NCBI GenBank assembly: GCA_046329965.1
Contig: JAXLTR010000005.1
Location: 371,385 to 435,384, forward strand
Reading direction: 5' to 3'
Origin: Bacteroidales bacterium
GTDB lineage: Bacteria > Bacteroidota > Bacteroidia > Bacteroidales > NBLH01
Length of the DNA: 64,000 bases
The notes beneath the pieces are model-generated. The model saw only the letters and a list, made by a program, of their open reading frames with translations, was not told the DNA's origin and did not search any database. Positions 29,212-38,856 of the stretch are shown piece by piece (position 1 is the stretch's first letter; the number at the start of each line of letters is the position of its first letter). The position numbers were made by a program, and so were the translations under genes.

Positions 29212-29664
29212 ATGAAAACCAATGTTGTAATTTTAGTTTTGATTTCCATATTTGCTTTTTCTTGTAAAAAAGAGAATCAAAACCCTGGCCTGCTTCCTGA
29301 GTATGAATCAATAATTGGTGATTGGGAACCATTAACTTTAAGCTACGATAGTATGGGGGTAAGAGTAGAAAAATCAATCCCTTATCAAAAACTGGAAATT
29401 GATAATACGTTGTCATATAAAATCTATTTAGATACCAACAATCCGGCTATAGAAAACGGTTCTATAAAACTTATTTCGCAAATCAATAATAAACCTGAAA
29501 TTTATTTTAATGCTGTTTATCCCATTTTCAGTTCATTTGCTGGTTCACATATATTTGATTTTTCAAATGTAATTATTGATTCAATCAGCAACAATCAAAT
29601 GGTTTTGATTAGAGTAGATCAAATCTTTTATGAAAATGCCGAATATAGTTTTAAAAGAAGGTGA
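29212..29664 (+). CDS. hypothetical lipoprotein
   Basis: 150 aa. Lipobox-like FAFSC after the signal peptide. Confidence 0.35.
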   Translation: MKTNVVILVLISIFAFSCKKENQNPGLLPEYESIIGDWEPLTLSYDSMGVRVEKSIPYQKLEIDNTLSYKIYLDTNNPAIENGSIKLISQINNKPEIYFNAVYPIFSSFAGSHIFDFSNVIIDSISNNQMVLIRVDQIFYENAEYSFKRR

Positions 29665-29771
29665 AAATAATTTTACTTTGTGGTTTAGTATTTCACCATT
29701 TCGACTAATCAATTATATAACGGGTGATTACATTTTTAAATAGTCAATTGTTCATTTCAAATTCTAACCTT

Positions 29772-31025
29772 ATGAAGAAAATTAGTGTAGCTTTTTATCT
29801 GGCATTTTTCTTAAATATTTTTTGTTCCGCACAAAACATTAGCGAGTGGCGCGAAGAAAACCGTACAGGAATTTCGGCCGAAACCGGTCTTTTAAAATCA
29901 TGGCCTGCCGATGGGCCCAAATTGTTATGGACAAATCTTGAACTTCATAAAGGCAATTCATCAGTTTCGTTTGGAAATAACTCAATTTATATAACCGGGA
30001 CAAAGGATTCGCTTGATTTTCTTTTTGCCCTTGATATGAATGGAAAAATTCTCTGGCAGGTTCCGATGGGCAGGGCATGGAACGAATCTTTCCCTGAAAG
30101 CAGGGCAACGCCAACTGTTGAAGGCAACAGGGTGTATACCTGCAGTGGACTTGGCGATTTGGCCTGTTTTGATGCTGTTTCGGGTAAAAACATCTGGACC
30201 TGCAAAGCCAGTGAAATGAACAAAGGTACTTTCGGCAGATGGGGAATAGCAGAGTCTCTTTTAATTGATGGCGATAAAATTTACTTTTCGCCGGGCGGAC
30301 CCGAAACCATGACCATAGCCTTAAATAAAACCAACGGTGAAATTATCTGGAAATCGGCTTCAATAAACGATAAACCTGGTTATGTATCGCCAATCCTGGC
30401 CAGCTATGGCGGTAAAAAAATGCTCATCAACGTGTCAATGAACAATGTATTTGCAGTTGATGTCTCAAATGGAGAAATACTCTGGAAAGTGCCCCACAAA
30501 GTTCCTGCTAATTTTAATCCAAGATGGGAATTCATTAAATGTGTAACACCGGTTTTTGACAATGGCAAAGTTTATACTACAGGCGGTTACGATACCGGTG
30601 GTATGATGCTAAAAATTGCCGATGATGCAAAAAATGCCGAAGTACTGTGGACCGACAGTGTTTTGGATGTTCACCATGGAGGCGTGGTACTCCTCAATGG
30701 TTATATTTATGGTTCGAACTGGTTAAATAACGCAAACGGAAATTGGTGTTGTATTGATTGGAACACAGGGAAAAAAATGTGGGAAGAAAGCTGGAATTGC
30801 AAAGGTTCAATTATTTCGGCCGAAGGAAAACTTTATATTTACGACGAAAAAAAAGGTTTTGTAGGGTTGTTGAATGCAAATCCGGAAAAATTCGACCTTA
30901 TAAGCAGTTTTCAGGTTAAACAGGGCGATGCAGGGCCTTTTTGGGCACACCCTGTTATCCATAACGGGATACTTTACTTAAGGCACCAGAATGCTTTAAT
31001 GGCGTACGATATTAAGGAAAAGTAA
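29772..31025 (+). CDS. PQQ-like (BamB-type) beta-propeller repeat protein, secreted
   Basis: Start at MKKISVAFYLAFF within ORF 29724..31025. Repeated G.IY...DG.L.A.D...G..LW motifs. Confidence 0.55.
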   Translation: MKKISVAFYLAFFLNIFCSAQNISEWREENRTGISAETGLLKSWPADGPKLLWTNLELHKGNSSVSFGNNSIYITGTKDSLDFLFALDMNGKILWQVPMGRAWNESFPESRATPTVEGNRVYTCSGLGDLACFDAVSGKNIWTCKASEMNKGTFGRWGIAESLLIDGDKIYFSPGGPETMTIALNKTNGEIIWKSASINDKPGYVSPILASYGGKKMLINVSMNNVFAVDVSNGEILWKVPHKVPANFNPRWEFIKCVTPVFDNGKVYTTGGYDTGGMMLKIADDAKNAEVLWTDSVLDVHHGGVVLLNGYIYGSNWLNNANGNWCCIDWNTGKKMWEESWNCKGSIISAEGKLYIYDEKKGFVGLLNANPEKFDLISSFQVKQGDAGPFWAHPVIHNGILYLRHQNALMAYDIKEK

Positions 31026-31036
31026 GCTTAAACTGC

Positions 31037-32593
31037 TTAACTGTACCAGTTGCGTTGCCGAACTAGTTTTCCGTTTAAAATGGAATTTGCAATGTTTACA
31101 TTGTTAACAACTTGAAAATCAAACATTCCAACGCAAATAAAATCGGCACCATTTTCAAAGGCAAATTTAAAGCCTTCTTCCGGTTTTATGGCCCCGGCAG
31201 CAAGGACTTTAAAAGCAAACCAGGGTTTGTTCACTGTTTTCATAAATGCCGCGGTCTGGTCAGGGAATAAATCAAAAATATTGTCGTGAAATAGCTGATG
31301 ATCGTCAGAGTTTCCCGAATCGACTGAAAATTCCTTCCTTGTAGCCAGGGGTTGTGCCGACCAGTACTTGTCGTGGTGGAAAGTTTTCACATAAAAATCA
31401 GGGTTAAAGCCTTCTTTTTCGCACATCATGGTTACCTGAAGGGAATGTGAGCCCACGCCGGCAGGAAATCCTTGTTTTTTAATGTATTCAATCACTTTTC
31501 CCACCTGATCAATCCTTCCTTCTTTAACCATGGTATCACCCACCCCACCCTGGATATAAATGGCATCGGCGCCGTTTTTTATAGCCAGATCAATGTTGGA
31601 GTATAAATCTTTTTCTTCGGGATAAGCCTGGCAAATGGAAAACATTTTACTGTCGTATTCTTTTTTATAACGATTCAGCAATGGATAAAAATGGTGGGTC
31701 ATAAATGTGGCATTAATACCTGCTTTTTCAGCAAGATGAAGGGTTTCAAACACTTTCTGGTTGGTATTGTAGGCTTTAAAAAGCGGCGAAACATAAAGTA
31801 AATCGCGAGAATGAGACCACCCTCCTATAAGATTGCATCCTATGATGAGTCTGCTTAGTTCGAGGTTTTTTAGTTTACCTTTCGGCAATTCACCTTTCAA
31901 ATCTTTAAGATCTACTTCATTTGTTTTTATGGTTGCCCCTGAAAATGAATCAATGCTTAAATCTTTAATGTTACGGAGCGAAGTAAAGGCAAATGCACCG
32001 AAAATTGGCACTGTTCCGAAAGCTTTCAACAATTCACGCCTTTTGTTTACACCTTGTTCAGGAATTTCTTCAAGAATTGGAGCAGCTTTTTCTATCACTT
32101 TAACGGGTCGCAATACTGAATAAATTTTCCCAATTCCAAAAATCCGTCCGGTCGGATAAAGACCCAGCATTACCAGCATCAACAATTCAATGAGATTTTT
32201 ACTTACGATGTAATAGCTTCCTTCGTTATGGCTAAAACTCATGCCTCCAAACGGGGGATTGGCAGTATAATAAAGCAGTAAGAGAAATGCACCGCCAAAT
32301 GCAGCCCACCGGTCGAAAACACCCAAAATAAGTGCAGCTCCGCCCAGGAACAATCCCCAGACATTCAAAAAATCTGTAACCTTTAACAATTCAGGAGAAG
32401 AAGCAAGGTATTTAAAAATCCCTGAGAATACTCCTTCGGCTGAATCGAGGAAGCTTGCAGATGTCCAACCGGGGGTATATAGTTTCACCAGCCCTTCGTA
32501 ACAAAAATGCCATCCAATGGCCAGCCGGATGACAATGAGAACTAAAACCAGGATTCCGGCATTTGAAATTTTAATTTTAGACGATGATTGCAT
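31037..32593 (-). CDS. DoxX-family membrane domain fused to a large C-terminal domain of unknown function
   Basis: 518 aa. N-terminal ~160 aa hydrophobic, DoxX-like (GILVLVLIVIRLAIGWHFCYEGLVKL). The remaining ~350 aa are soluble and unassigned. Confidence 0.45.
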   Translation of the reverse strand: MQSSSKIKISNAGILVLVLIVIRLAIGWHFCYEGLVKLYTPGWTSASFLDSAEGVFSGIFKYLASSPELLKVTDFLNVWGLFLGGAALILGVFDRWAAFGGAFLLLLYYTANPPFGGMSFSHNEGSYYIVSKNLIELLMLVMLGLYPTGRIFGIGKIYSVLRPVKVIEKAAPILEEIPEQGVNKRRELLKAFGTVPIFGAFAFTSLRNIKDLSIDSFSGATIKTNEVDLKDLKGELPKGKLKNLELSRLIIGCNLIGGWSHSRDLLYVSPLFKAYNTNQKVFETLHLAEKAGINATFMTHHFYPLLNRYKKEYDSKMFSICQAYPEEKDLYSNIDLAIKNGADAIYIQGGVGDTMVKEGRIDQVGKVIEYIKKQGFPAGVGSHSLQVTMMCEKEGFNPDFYVKTFHHDKYWSAQPLATRKEFSVDSGNSDDHQLFHDNIFDLFPDQTAAFMKTVNKPWFAFKVLAAGAIKPEEGFKFAFENGADFICVGMFDFQVVNNVNIANSILNGKLVRQRNWYS

Positions 32594-32768
32594 TGCAGTA
32601 TTTGATTAAAATTAGGATGAATACAAATTTAGGTTAAATAAAAGAAATATTTAAAACTACCTGAAGCCGTTGTTGTCTCTTTAGATTCTGAATGGCAGCA
32701 TTTTTTCTATTTTGTATAATGCGATAAATAAGCATAAAAAAAGCCGGAAAAGTTATCCGGCCATTTTA

Positions 32769-34340
32769 TTATTTTATTTCTGAAATATTTTCATTGTTCA
32801 GGCTGTTCTGCAGTTTACTTTTCCTGCGACCATAAAAGAAGTAAATTAAAAGTCCCAGCCCGAACCAGATAATAAGCCTTAACCATGTATCAAAAGGCAG
32901 GGAAGCCATTTGGGCCAGGCAAATGAGAGCTCCTAAAATAGGTAATACAGGTACCCAGGGTGTGCGGAAAGGTCTTTCAATATCCGGGCGTGTTTTACGC
33001 AATACTATGATTCCAATGCAGACAATTACAAAAGCAAGCAGCGTACCAATTGAAACAAGTTCACCCAGAATACTGATGGGTAAAATTCCGGCAAAAATCA
33101 TGGCAACAGAACCAGTAATAATTGTACTTACATAAGGAGTTCTGAATTTTGGGTGTACTTTTGAAAAAACGGCAGGTAATAATCCGTCTTTCGACATGGT
33201 ATGGAAAATCCGGGGCTGTCCAAGGAGCATCACCAGTATAACGGAACTCAGTCCGGCAAGGGCAGCGATTTTAATTATTATTCTTAACCAGTTGTATTCG
33301 CTTCCCATGGCATCAACAGCAAGCGCTATAGGAGCGGGTACATTCAGAAATTTATAACTTACAACCCCTGTTAAAACTATCGCTACCAATATGTAAAGTA
33401 TTGTCGAAATACTGAGTGACCCCATAATTCCAATCGGCATATCACGTTGGGGATTTTTTGCTTCCTGTGCTGCCGTTGAAACCGCATCAAACCCAATGTA
33501 GGCGAAGAAAATTACCGCTGCTGCCCGCATTATTCCTCCCCAGCCAAAGTGCCCCCAGGCTCCTTCCTGTTCAGGTATGAAAGGATGCAGATTGGCGGAT
33601 TTAATATAGGCAAAACCCAGCGCAATAAATAGTATAATAACCGACACTTTTATAATTACCATGATATTGTTAAAATTGGCACTTTCTTTTATACCGACTA
33701 TAAGTAAAAGACTAATAACAGCAATAATAAACATGGCCGGAAGGTTAATAACTGAAGTTACAGTAGGCAGTGTATGCCAGTCGATTCCATTATTTGTGAG
33801 GAATTCTATTATTTGACTGGTTTTCGGAAACCAGCCGGCATCAATTCCGGGAAGGTTCGCTGGAATTTCCAACAGTATCTGTCCGCGGGCAGCTGTAAAT
33901 TCAGGTGGAATATTTATCCCTATCTGCGAAAGCAAACTTACCATGTAACCCGACCAACCAACAGAGACCGTCGAAGCCGCAAAAAGATATTCAAGAATTA
34001 AATCCCAGCCTATTATCCATGCCAGGAACTCGCCCAGTGTAGCATAAGCATAGGTATATGCACTGCCCGAAATCGGGATCATCGAGGCAAATTCAGCATA
34101 ACACAGCCCGGCAAAAGCACAGGCAAGCCCTGATACCACAAACGATAAAACAATGGCAGGGCCAGCATATTGAGCGGCTGCTTGTCCGGTTAAAACAAAA
34201 ATACCTGCTCCTATAATTGCGCCAATTCCAAGGGTGGTCAGGTTTGTGGCGGTTAAGGTTTTTTTAAATCCCTGCGTCGATTCCTGCGATTCCGAAAGAA
34301 TCTGGCTCACGGATTTGGTTTTAAATAGGTTATATTTCAT
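32769..34340 (-). CDS. amino acid permease (APC superfamily)
   Basis: 523 aa, about 12 TM. N-terminal GIGAIIGAGIFVLTG motif of AA_permease_2. Confidence 0.8.
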   Translation of the reverse strand: MKYNLFKTKSVSQILSESQESTQGFKKTLTATNLTTLGIGAIIGAGIFVLTGQAAAQYAGPAIVLSFVVSGLACAFAGLCYAEFASMIPISGSAYTYAYATLGEFLAWIIGWDLILEYLFAASTVSVGWSGYMVSLLSQIGINIPPEFTAARGQILLEIPANLPGIDAGWFPKTSQIIEFLTNNGIDWHTLPTVTSVINLPAMFIIAVISLLLIVGIKESANFNNIMVIIKVSVIILFIALGFAYIKSANLHPFIPEQEGAWGHFGWGGIMRAAAVIFFAYIGFDAVSTAAQEAKNPQRDMPIGIMGSLSISTILYILVAIVLTGVVSYKFLNVPAPIALAVDAMGSEYNWLRIIIKIAALAGLSSVILVMLLGQPRIFHTMSKDGLLPAVFSKVHPKFRTPYVSTIITGSVAMIFAGILPISILGELVSIGTLLAFVIVCIGIIVLRKTRPDIERPFRTPWVPVLPILGALICLAQMASLPFDTWLRLIIWFGLGLLIYFFYGRRKSKLQNSLNNENISEIK

Positions 34341-34484
34341 TGCAAAATTTTATAAGATTAGTTGGTTCATGCCTTAATTTATCATGCTAAAGATGAATAT
34401 TATTTTCAAGTTCAACAAAAAAAATAAATGCTTTATAATCCTGAATTTGTATTCTTTATCTTCATTGAAAAATTTTATCTGGTA

Positions 34485-35762
34485 CTATTCTTTCACAAAA
34501 ATTTCCCTGAATTTTTTACCTTGCTGGTTTAGCACAATAAAGTACAAACCAGGCTTGAACCCTGCAATTTCAAGGGTATAGTTTTGTCCGTTAATGTTTT
34601 CAATTTGTGCCACCAATTCGTTTTTATAATTATAAACCAAAGCCCTGGCATTTTTAAAATCCGTATCTTCAAGGCTGATTATTAAATAATTGTGAGCCGG
34701 GTTTGGAAAAACTTTCAGGTTTAAATACTTATTTGATTTCATTTTCTCCACCGAGTTTGGATCGCAATTGCCATCGGAAGTAAATGGATCAAACCACCTG
34801 ATACAATCTTTTAACTCTTCGGATGGCGCTGCATTATCCACATCACGGCACAGCCATACACTTACATTGCTATTATTGCTGCATTTGGGGGTAATGGCAA
34901 ATCCTTCTATATTGGCGTTGGAGGAGGGATTTGAAATATAATATTCGTTTAGCTTCACAAATTTCCGGTCCGAAACATTTACGGAAGTGGTATTTAAATC
35001 GGTTACTTCCAGGAAATTATTATCGGGGTTACTCTTCCACATATTATGCAGAATGTATAAAAGTCCCGTTGAACGGTCGAATTCAAGATCACAGCTTTCA
35101 CTTTTATTTGTAAAATATTTACCAACAAAGGCAAAATCATCATTTACTTCCGGGTTAAGATCAAATACCCAGATAAGTCCGAAATCCTGGCTGGCTACAA
35201 ACATTAACCCACCCATTCCTTTTGCTGATACATATAAATTTCCGGTTTGTTCGCTTATAAATCCAATTGCAGTAAGAAATTCATCCGGAACAAATGCTAT
35301 TCCTTCGGGCCCTGAATTACCAGTATTCGCCATGGTTGACGGGGGATTTAGCAAATTCCAGCTGTTCACCTCCGAAACTGATGAAAAGTCGGCATTATAG
35401 ACGTATTTTCCAATCTGGTAATTGTTTTCGTCCACCACAAAAAATTCCTGCTTCGAAAAGTCAGCCTGCGTTATATCTTCAGGCCCACCATTAATATCCG
35501 CGTTGGCAATTTGATAAAATGAATTATTCCCTGTATTAAGCTCAAGTACTCTGAGTTTTCCATTGTCCTGTACCATAAAAAGCCTGTTTAACAGCGAATT
35601 CCAGTGCATTCCGCTTAAATCATTAAGTCCGTTCTGATTCATCACCAGTGTCAGGTTAGTAGCCTGCTCCCAGTTTTCTGACGGCCATGCGGACTGTGAC
35701 CTGGAATTACTATAAAAGAAAAAAGAAGGAATTAAAAGGACAACTAATTTCAATCTTGTCAT
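34485..35762 (-). CDS. secreted protein with T9SS type-A C-terminal sorting domain
   Basis: 425 aa. Signal peptide. C-terminal ~80 aa (KVFPNPAHNYLIISL ... GLYFIVLNQQGK ... KE) matches the Por/T9SS CTD pattern. Confidence 0.6.
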   Translation of the reverse strand: MTRLKLVVLLIPSFFFYSNSRSQSAWPSENWEQATNLTLVMNQNGLNDLSGMHWNSLLNRLFMVQDNGKLRVLELNTGNNSFYQIANADINGGPEDITQADFSKQEFFVVDENNYQIGKYVYNADFSSVSEVNSWNLLNPPSTMANTGNSGPEGIAFVPDEFLTAIGFISEQTGNLYVSAKGMGGLMFVASQDFGLIWVFDLNPEVNDDFAFVGKYFTNKSESCDLEFDRSTGLLYILHNMWKSNPDNNFLEVTDLNTTSVNVSDRKFVKLNEYYISNPSSNANIEGFAITPKCSNNSNVSVWLCRDVDNAAPSEELKDCIRWFDPFTSDGNCDPNSVEKMKSNKYLNLKVFPNPAHNYLIISLEDTDFKNARALVYNYKNELVAQIENINGQNYTLEIAGFKPGLYFIVLNQQGKKFREIFVKE

Positions 35763-36002
35763 TAGCGTGAAAATTAATCAGTTCTACTATTTTCAGGATA
35801 TTTTTAAGTACCCTGTCAGGTCCGAAAGATAAATCTTATTTATTTTCAGTCCTAATCCAATTAAACTATTTAATTTTCAGTTAGTATAAAATCGAAGAAA
35901 CTTAATCTTTTTTGGGATAAAATCTGAATAGCAATCGTTGCTTATTTTAAATTAATCCGTAATTTTAGTTTGCTGATTCTAACTTTAAAATAAAAATTTA
36001 TT

Positions 36003-36512
36003 ATGAAAAGTGCACTGGTTAAATGTATAATGGTTGTGATTGTTTTTGGATTTGCCTGTAACAGGTCAACAGAAAATAATAATGTCAATAATTCGGATTC
36101 TTTAAATTTAACAAATTCAAATACTGAAAGTTACGATTCAATTTTGGCAAAAAAATATGGAGCCGATCAATACGGGATGAAAAAATACATTTTCGCCTAC
36201 CTTAAAAGTGGTCCGAATCGCTCACAGGATTCAGCGGAAGCTGTAGCGATTCAAAAAGGGCATATGACTAATATTCAAAGGCTTGCAAATGAGGGCAAAC
36301 TTATTCTTGCCGGTCCGTTTTTAGATGATACAGAAATCAGGGGAATTTTTATATTCGATGTTGAAAGTATTGATGAAGCAAGAGATTTAATCAATACTGA
36401 TCCTGCAGTTAAATCGGGCAGACTTATAATGGAACTTCATCCATGGTATGGCTCAGCCGGTTTGATGGAATTAAACAAAATTCATAAAAAAATAAGCAGG
36501 GATAAGTTTTAG
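36003..36512 (+). CDS. YciI-like (Dabb-fold) lipoprotein
   Basis: 169 aa. Lipobox (FGFAC). C-terminal YciI-like block (GHMTNIQRLANEGKLILAGPF ... GIFIFDVESIDEARDLINTDPAVKSG). Confidence 0.5.
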   Translation: MKSALVKCIMVVIVFGFACNRSTENNNVNNSDSLNLTNSNTESYDSILAKKYGADQYGMKKYIFAYLKSGPNRSQDSAEAVAIQKGHMTNIQRLANEGKLILAGPFLDDTEIRGIFIFDVESIDEARDLINTDPAVKSGRLIMELHPWYGSAGLMELNKIHKKISRDKF

Positions 36513-36529
36513 CTAAAGTTCCAAACCTT

Positions 36530-37237
36530 TTAAAATAAATCTGACACTAGCAGGTAACCTAAAATACAGGTTAAAAGTGCTGCCCCGGCGAGTAAAATGG
36601 CCCTGAGCCGGTATTGGTCAAGCAACTCGTGTTCAGCTTTATCAGAAATAAAAAGTGGAAATCTTGAATTCCTGAAAACAGGTTTTCCGTTTTCTCTTCC
36701 GGTAACTTCGCCAATTACATAAATTTCATCGCCGGTTTCAAGAAATTTTTCCGTATATCGCAGACTTTTTTCAAACAGGAAACCTTTACTTTTTTGCTGG
36801 TATTTCTCCAAAACCGATTTTTGGTTTTCATCGGCTGGATTAAAAATCCCTGAAGAAACTTTTCTGTCGGTTTTTAGTAAAATTTCAGCATTGCTAATAT
36901 CCAGCAGGGCAATACCACTTCCGTCATCAACCCCAAAAATTGTATGTTTTTTATCATTTATAATTGAAACATAGGACGAGCCATGTCCGTGACTTTTTTT
37001 CTGCTCAACCAAAAATTGGTAGTATACACAATCTTTACCCGAAAAAGGGCTTTTAAGCTGATCTCCCAGGGCAACCACCCTGCCTTTTATTTCGTTTAAG
37101 CCTTCATTTAGAAAAGCAATGGCTGAAGTTTCTGTTTTAAGAATAAGTTGGTAGCGTTTAACATTAATATAAATGAAATAGCCAATTATTGACAGTACCA
37201 CAATTAAAATAACCAGAATGATGTATAAACCTTGCAT
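36530..37237 (-). CDS. hypothetical membrane protein with N- and C-terminal TM helices (possibly GIDE-like)
   Basis: 235 aa. TM at both ends flanking a beta-rich soluble domain. Assignment is tentative. Confidence 0.35.
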   Translation of the reverse strand: MQGLYIILVILIVVLSIIGYFIYINVKRYQLILKTETSAIAFLNEGLNEIKGRVVALGDQLKSPFSGKDCVYYQFLVEQKKSHGHGSSYVSIINDKKHTIFGVDDGSGIALLDISNAEILLKTDRKVSSGIFNPADENQKSVLEKYQQKSKGFLFEKSLRYTEKFLETGDEIYVIGEVTGRENGKPVFRNSRFPLFISDKAEHELLDQYRLRAILLAGAALLTCILGYLLVSDLF

Positions 37238-37771
37238 ATCTGTTTTGATTTAGTTAAAATTTGAATCGAAATAACGAAGTTAATAAAAAAAACATTCTGT
37301 TGTTGGGGCTAAATGTTTTTTTATAAAATGGAATATTTTTTATTAAAAAAGAGATAAATCAAAATTTGTAAATTAACGCAAATTCAAAATGGGTTCTAAA
37401 TTAAAATTTAGAAGTAATGAGCGGCTCCTTAAAAAAAATGTTCAATAACACAAATTTTTTTTTTGAACATATTAGTTTTTTTCATTTATAATACTTACAT
37501 TTGATCTGGTTAAAAAATGCAAAACATTTATAATCAGTTTTTCATGCTTTAACCTTAATTAATTTAACAAATTTTCAGGGTGCAGCCTTAAAACCAATTT
37601 GGTTTTATCAGGGTATAGTATTATATTTGTGCGAACAAATTAAGGTTATTGTTTGAAAATTTGTCCCATTTTCCTCATAAATACCTGCTTAACAGATGAT
37701 TGTCGGGAAGTCAAATTTTAAAAAAGGATTGAATTTTACAAACAAGTATTTAACCTGTTAAATTCAATCGG

Positions 37772-38236
37772 ATGAGAAACCTGAAAGACAAATTATTGAT
37801 TGAGCAACTCGACCGGAAATTCGAAAAGCTTTCGCGAATAGAAGAAGTGCTTATCCCTACCGAAGGGTGGGTTTACTCGGTACGTACTGCTTTAAAGATG
37901 ACATTGCGTCAACTTGGGGCAAAAATGGGTATTACAGCCCAAAGTGTGAAAGAAATTGAAATGAGGGAAAAAGTCGGTTCGATTTCTATCAATACCTTAA
38001 AAGAAGTGGGAAATGCACTTGAAATGAAGCTTGTATATGGTTTTATTCCACGCGATAAAACACTTGAGATGATGATTGAGAGAAGAGCTTATGAAATTGC
38101 CGAAAAAATAGTTATGCGCACTTCGGCCACCATGGTACTCGAAGATCAGCAGAATACCAAGGAAAGAATAACAAATGCAATATTAGACAGGGCCAGGGAA
38201 ATTAAAAACGAAATGCCAAAATACCTATGGGATTAG
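37772..38236 (+). CDS. mobile mystery protein A (HTH/XRE-like partner of a Fic protein)
   Basis: 154 aa. 10-nt overlap with the downstream Fic-domain gene. Operon arrangement typical of the TIGR02612/TIGR02613 pair. Confidence 0.55.
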   Translation: MRNLKDKLLIEQLDRKFEKLSRIEEVLIPTEGWVYSVRTALKMTLRQLGAKMGITAQSVKEIEMREKVGSISINTLKEVGNALEMKLVYGFIPRDKTLEMMIERRAYEIAEKIVMRTSATMVLEDQQNTKERITNAILDRAREIKNEMPKYLWD

Positions 38237-38823
38237 TCTTTGAAAACACAGCCTCACAAACCGCCTTAGACGAAGACGAAAAAGAGGGTTTATTGGTCAA
38301 GTCCATTACCACAAGGTATGAACTTGACGAATTTGAGCAACAAAACATTGAACATGCCATTAAATGGTCGATGCACAAACTATTTAAGGTGAATAAAATC
38401 CTAACGGAGAAATTTGTATGCCGTTTGCATAAAAAAATGTTTGATCAAACCTGGAAATGGGCAGGTGAATTCCGCAAGACAAATAAAAACATTGGGGTTG
38501 ATAAATACCGGATAGGTATTGAACTTAACCAGCTTTTAAGCGATTGCAGGTATTGGGTTGCAAATAATACTTATAACGCAGATGAAATAGCCATACGATT
38601 AAAACACAGAATAGTAAAGATTCATCCTTTTCCAAACGGAAATGGGCGTCATTCCAGATTACTTGCCGATATTTTGGTTGAACATGGTTTTGGTAAACCT
38701 CCATTTAGTTGGGGTAGTCACCATATGGCATGTTCAAAAACCGTTAGAAAAGAATATCTCGATGCGCTTTTCCAGGCCGACCGCGAAAATTACGAACCAT
38801 TGATTAAATTTGCCCGAAAATAA
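38227..38823 (+). CDS. mobile mystery protein B, Fic/Doc-family (putative AMPylating toxin-like protein)
   Basis: 198 aa. Fic active-site motif HPFPNGNGRHSR (HxFx[D/E]GNGRxxR with N at the acidic position). Confidence 0.75.
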   Translation: MGLVFENTASQTALDEDEKEGLLVKSITTRYELDEFEQQNIEHAIKWSMHKLFKVNKILTEKFVCRLHKKMFDQTWKWAGEFRKTNKNIGVDKYRIGIELNQLLSDCRYWVANNTYNADEIAIRLKHRIVKIHPFPNGNGRHSRLLADILVEHGFGKPPFSWGSHHMACSKTVRKEYLDALFQADRENYEPLIKFARK

Positions 38824-38856
38824 GAGGTTTTGAAAATATTACCAAGGCAAAATAAA

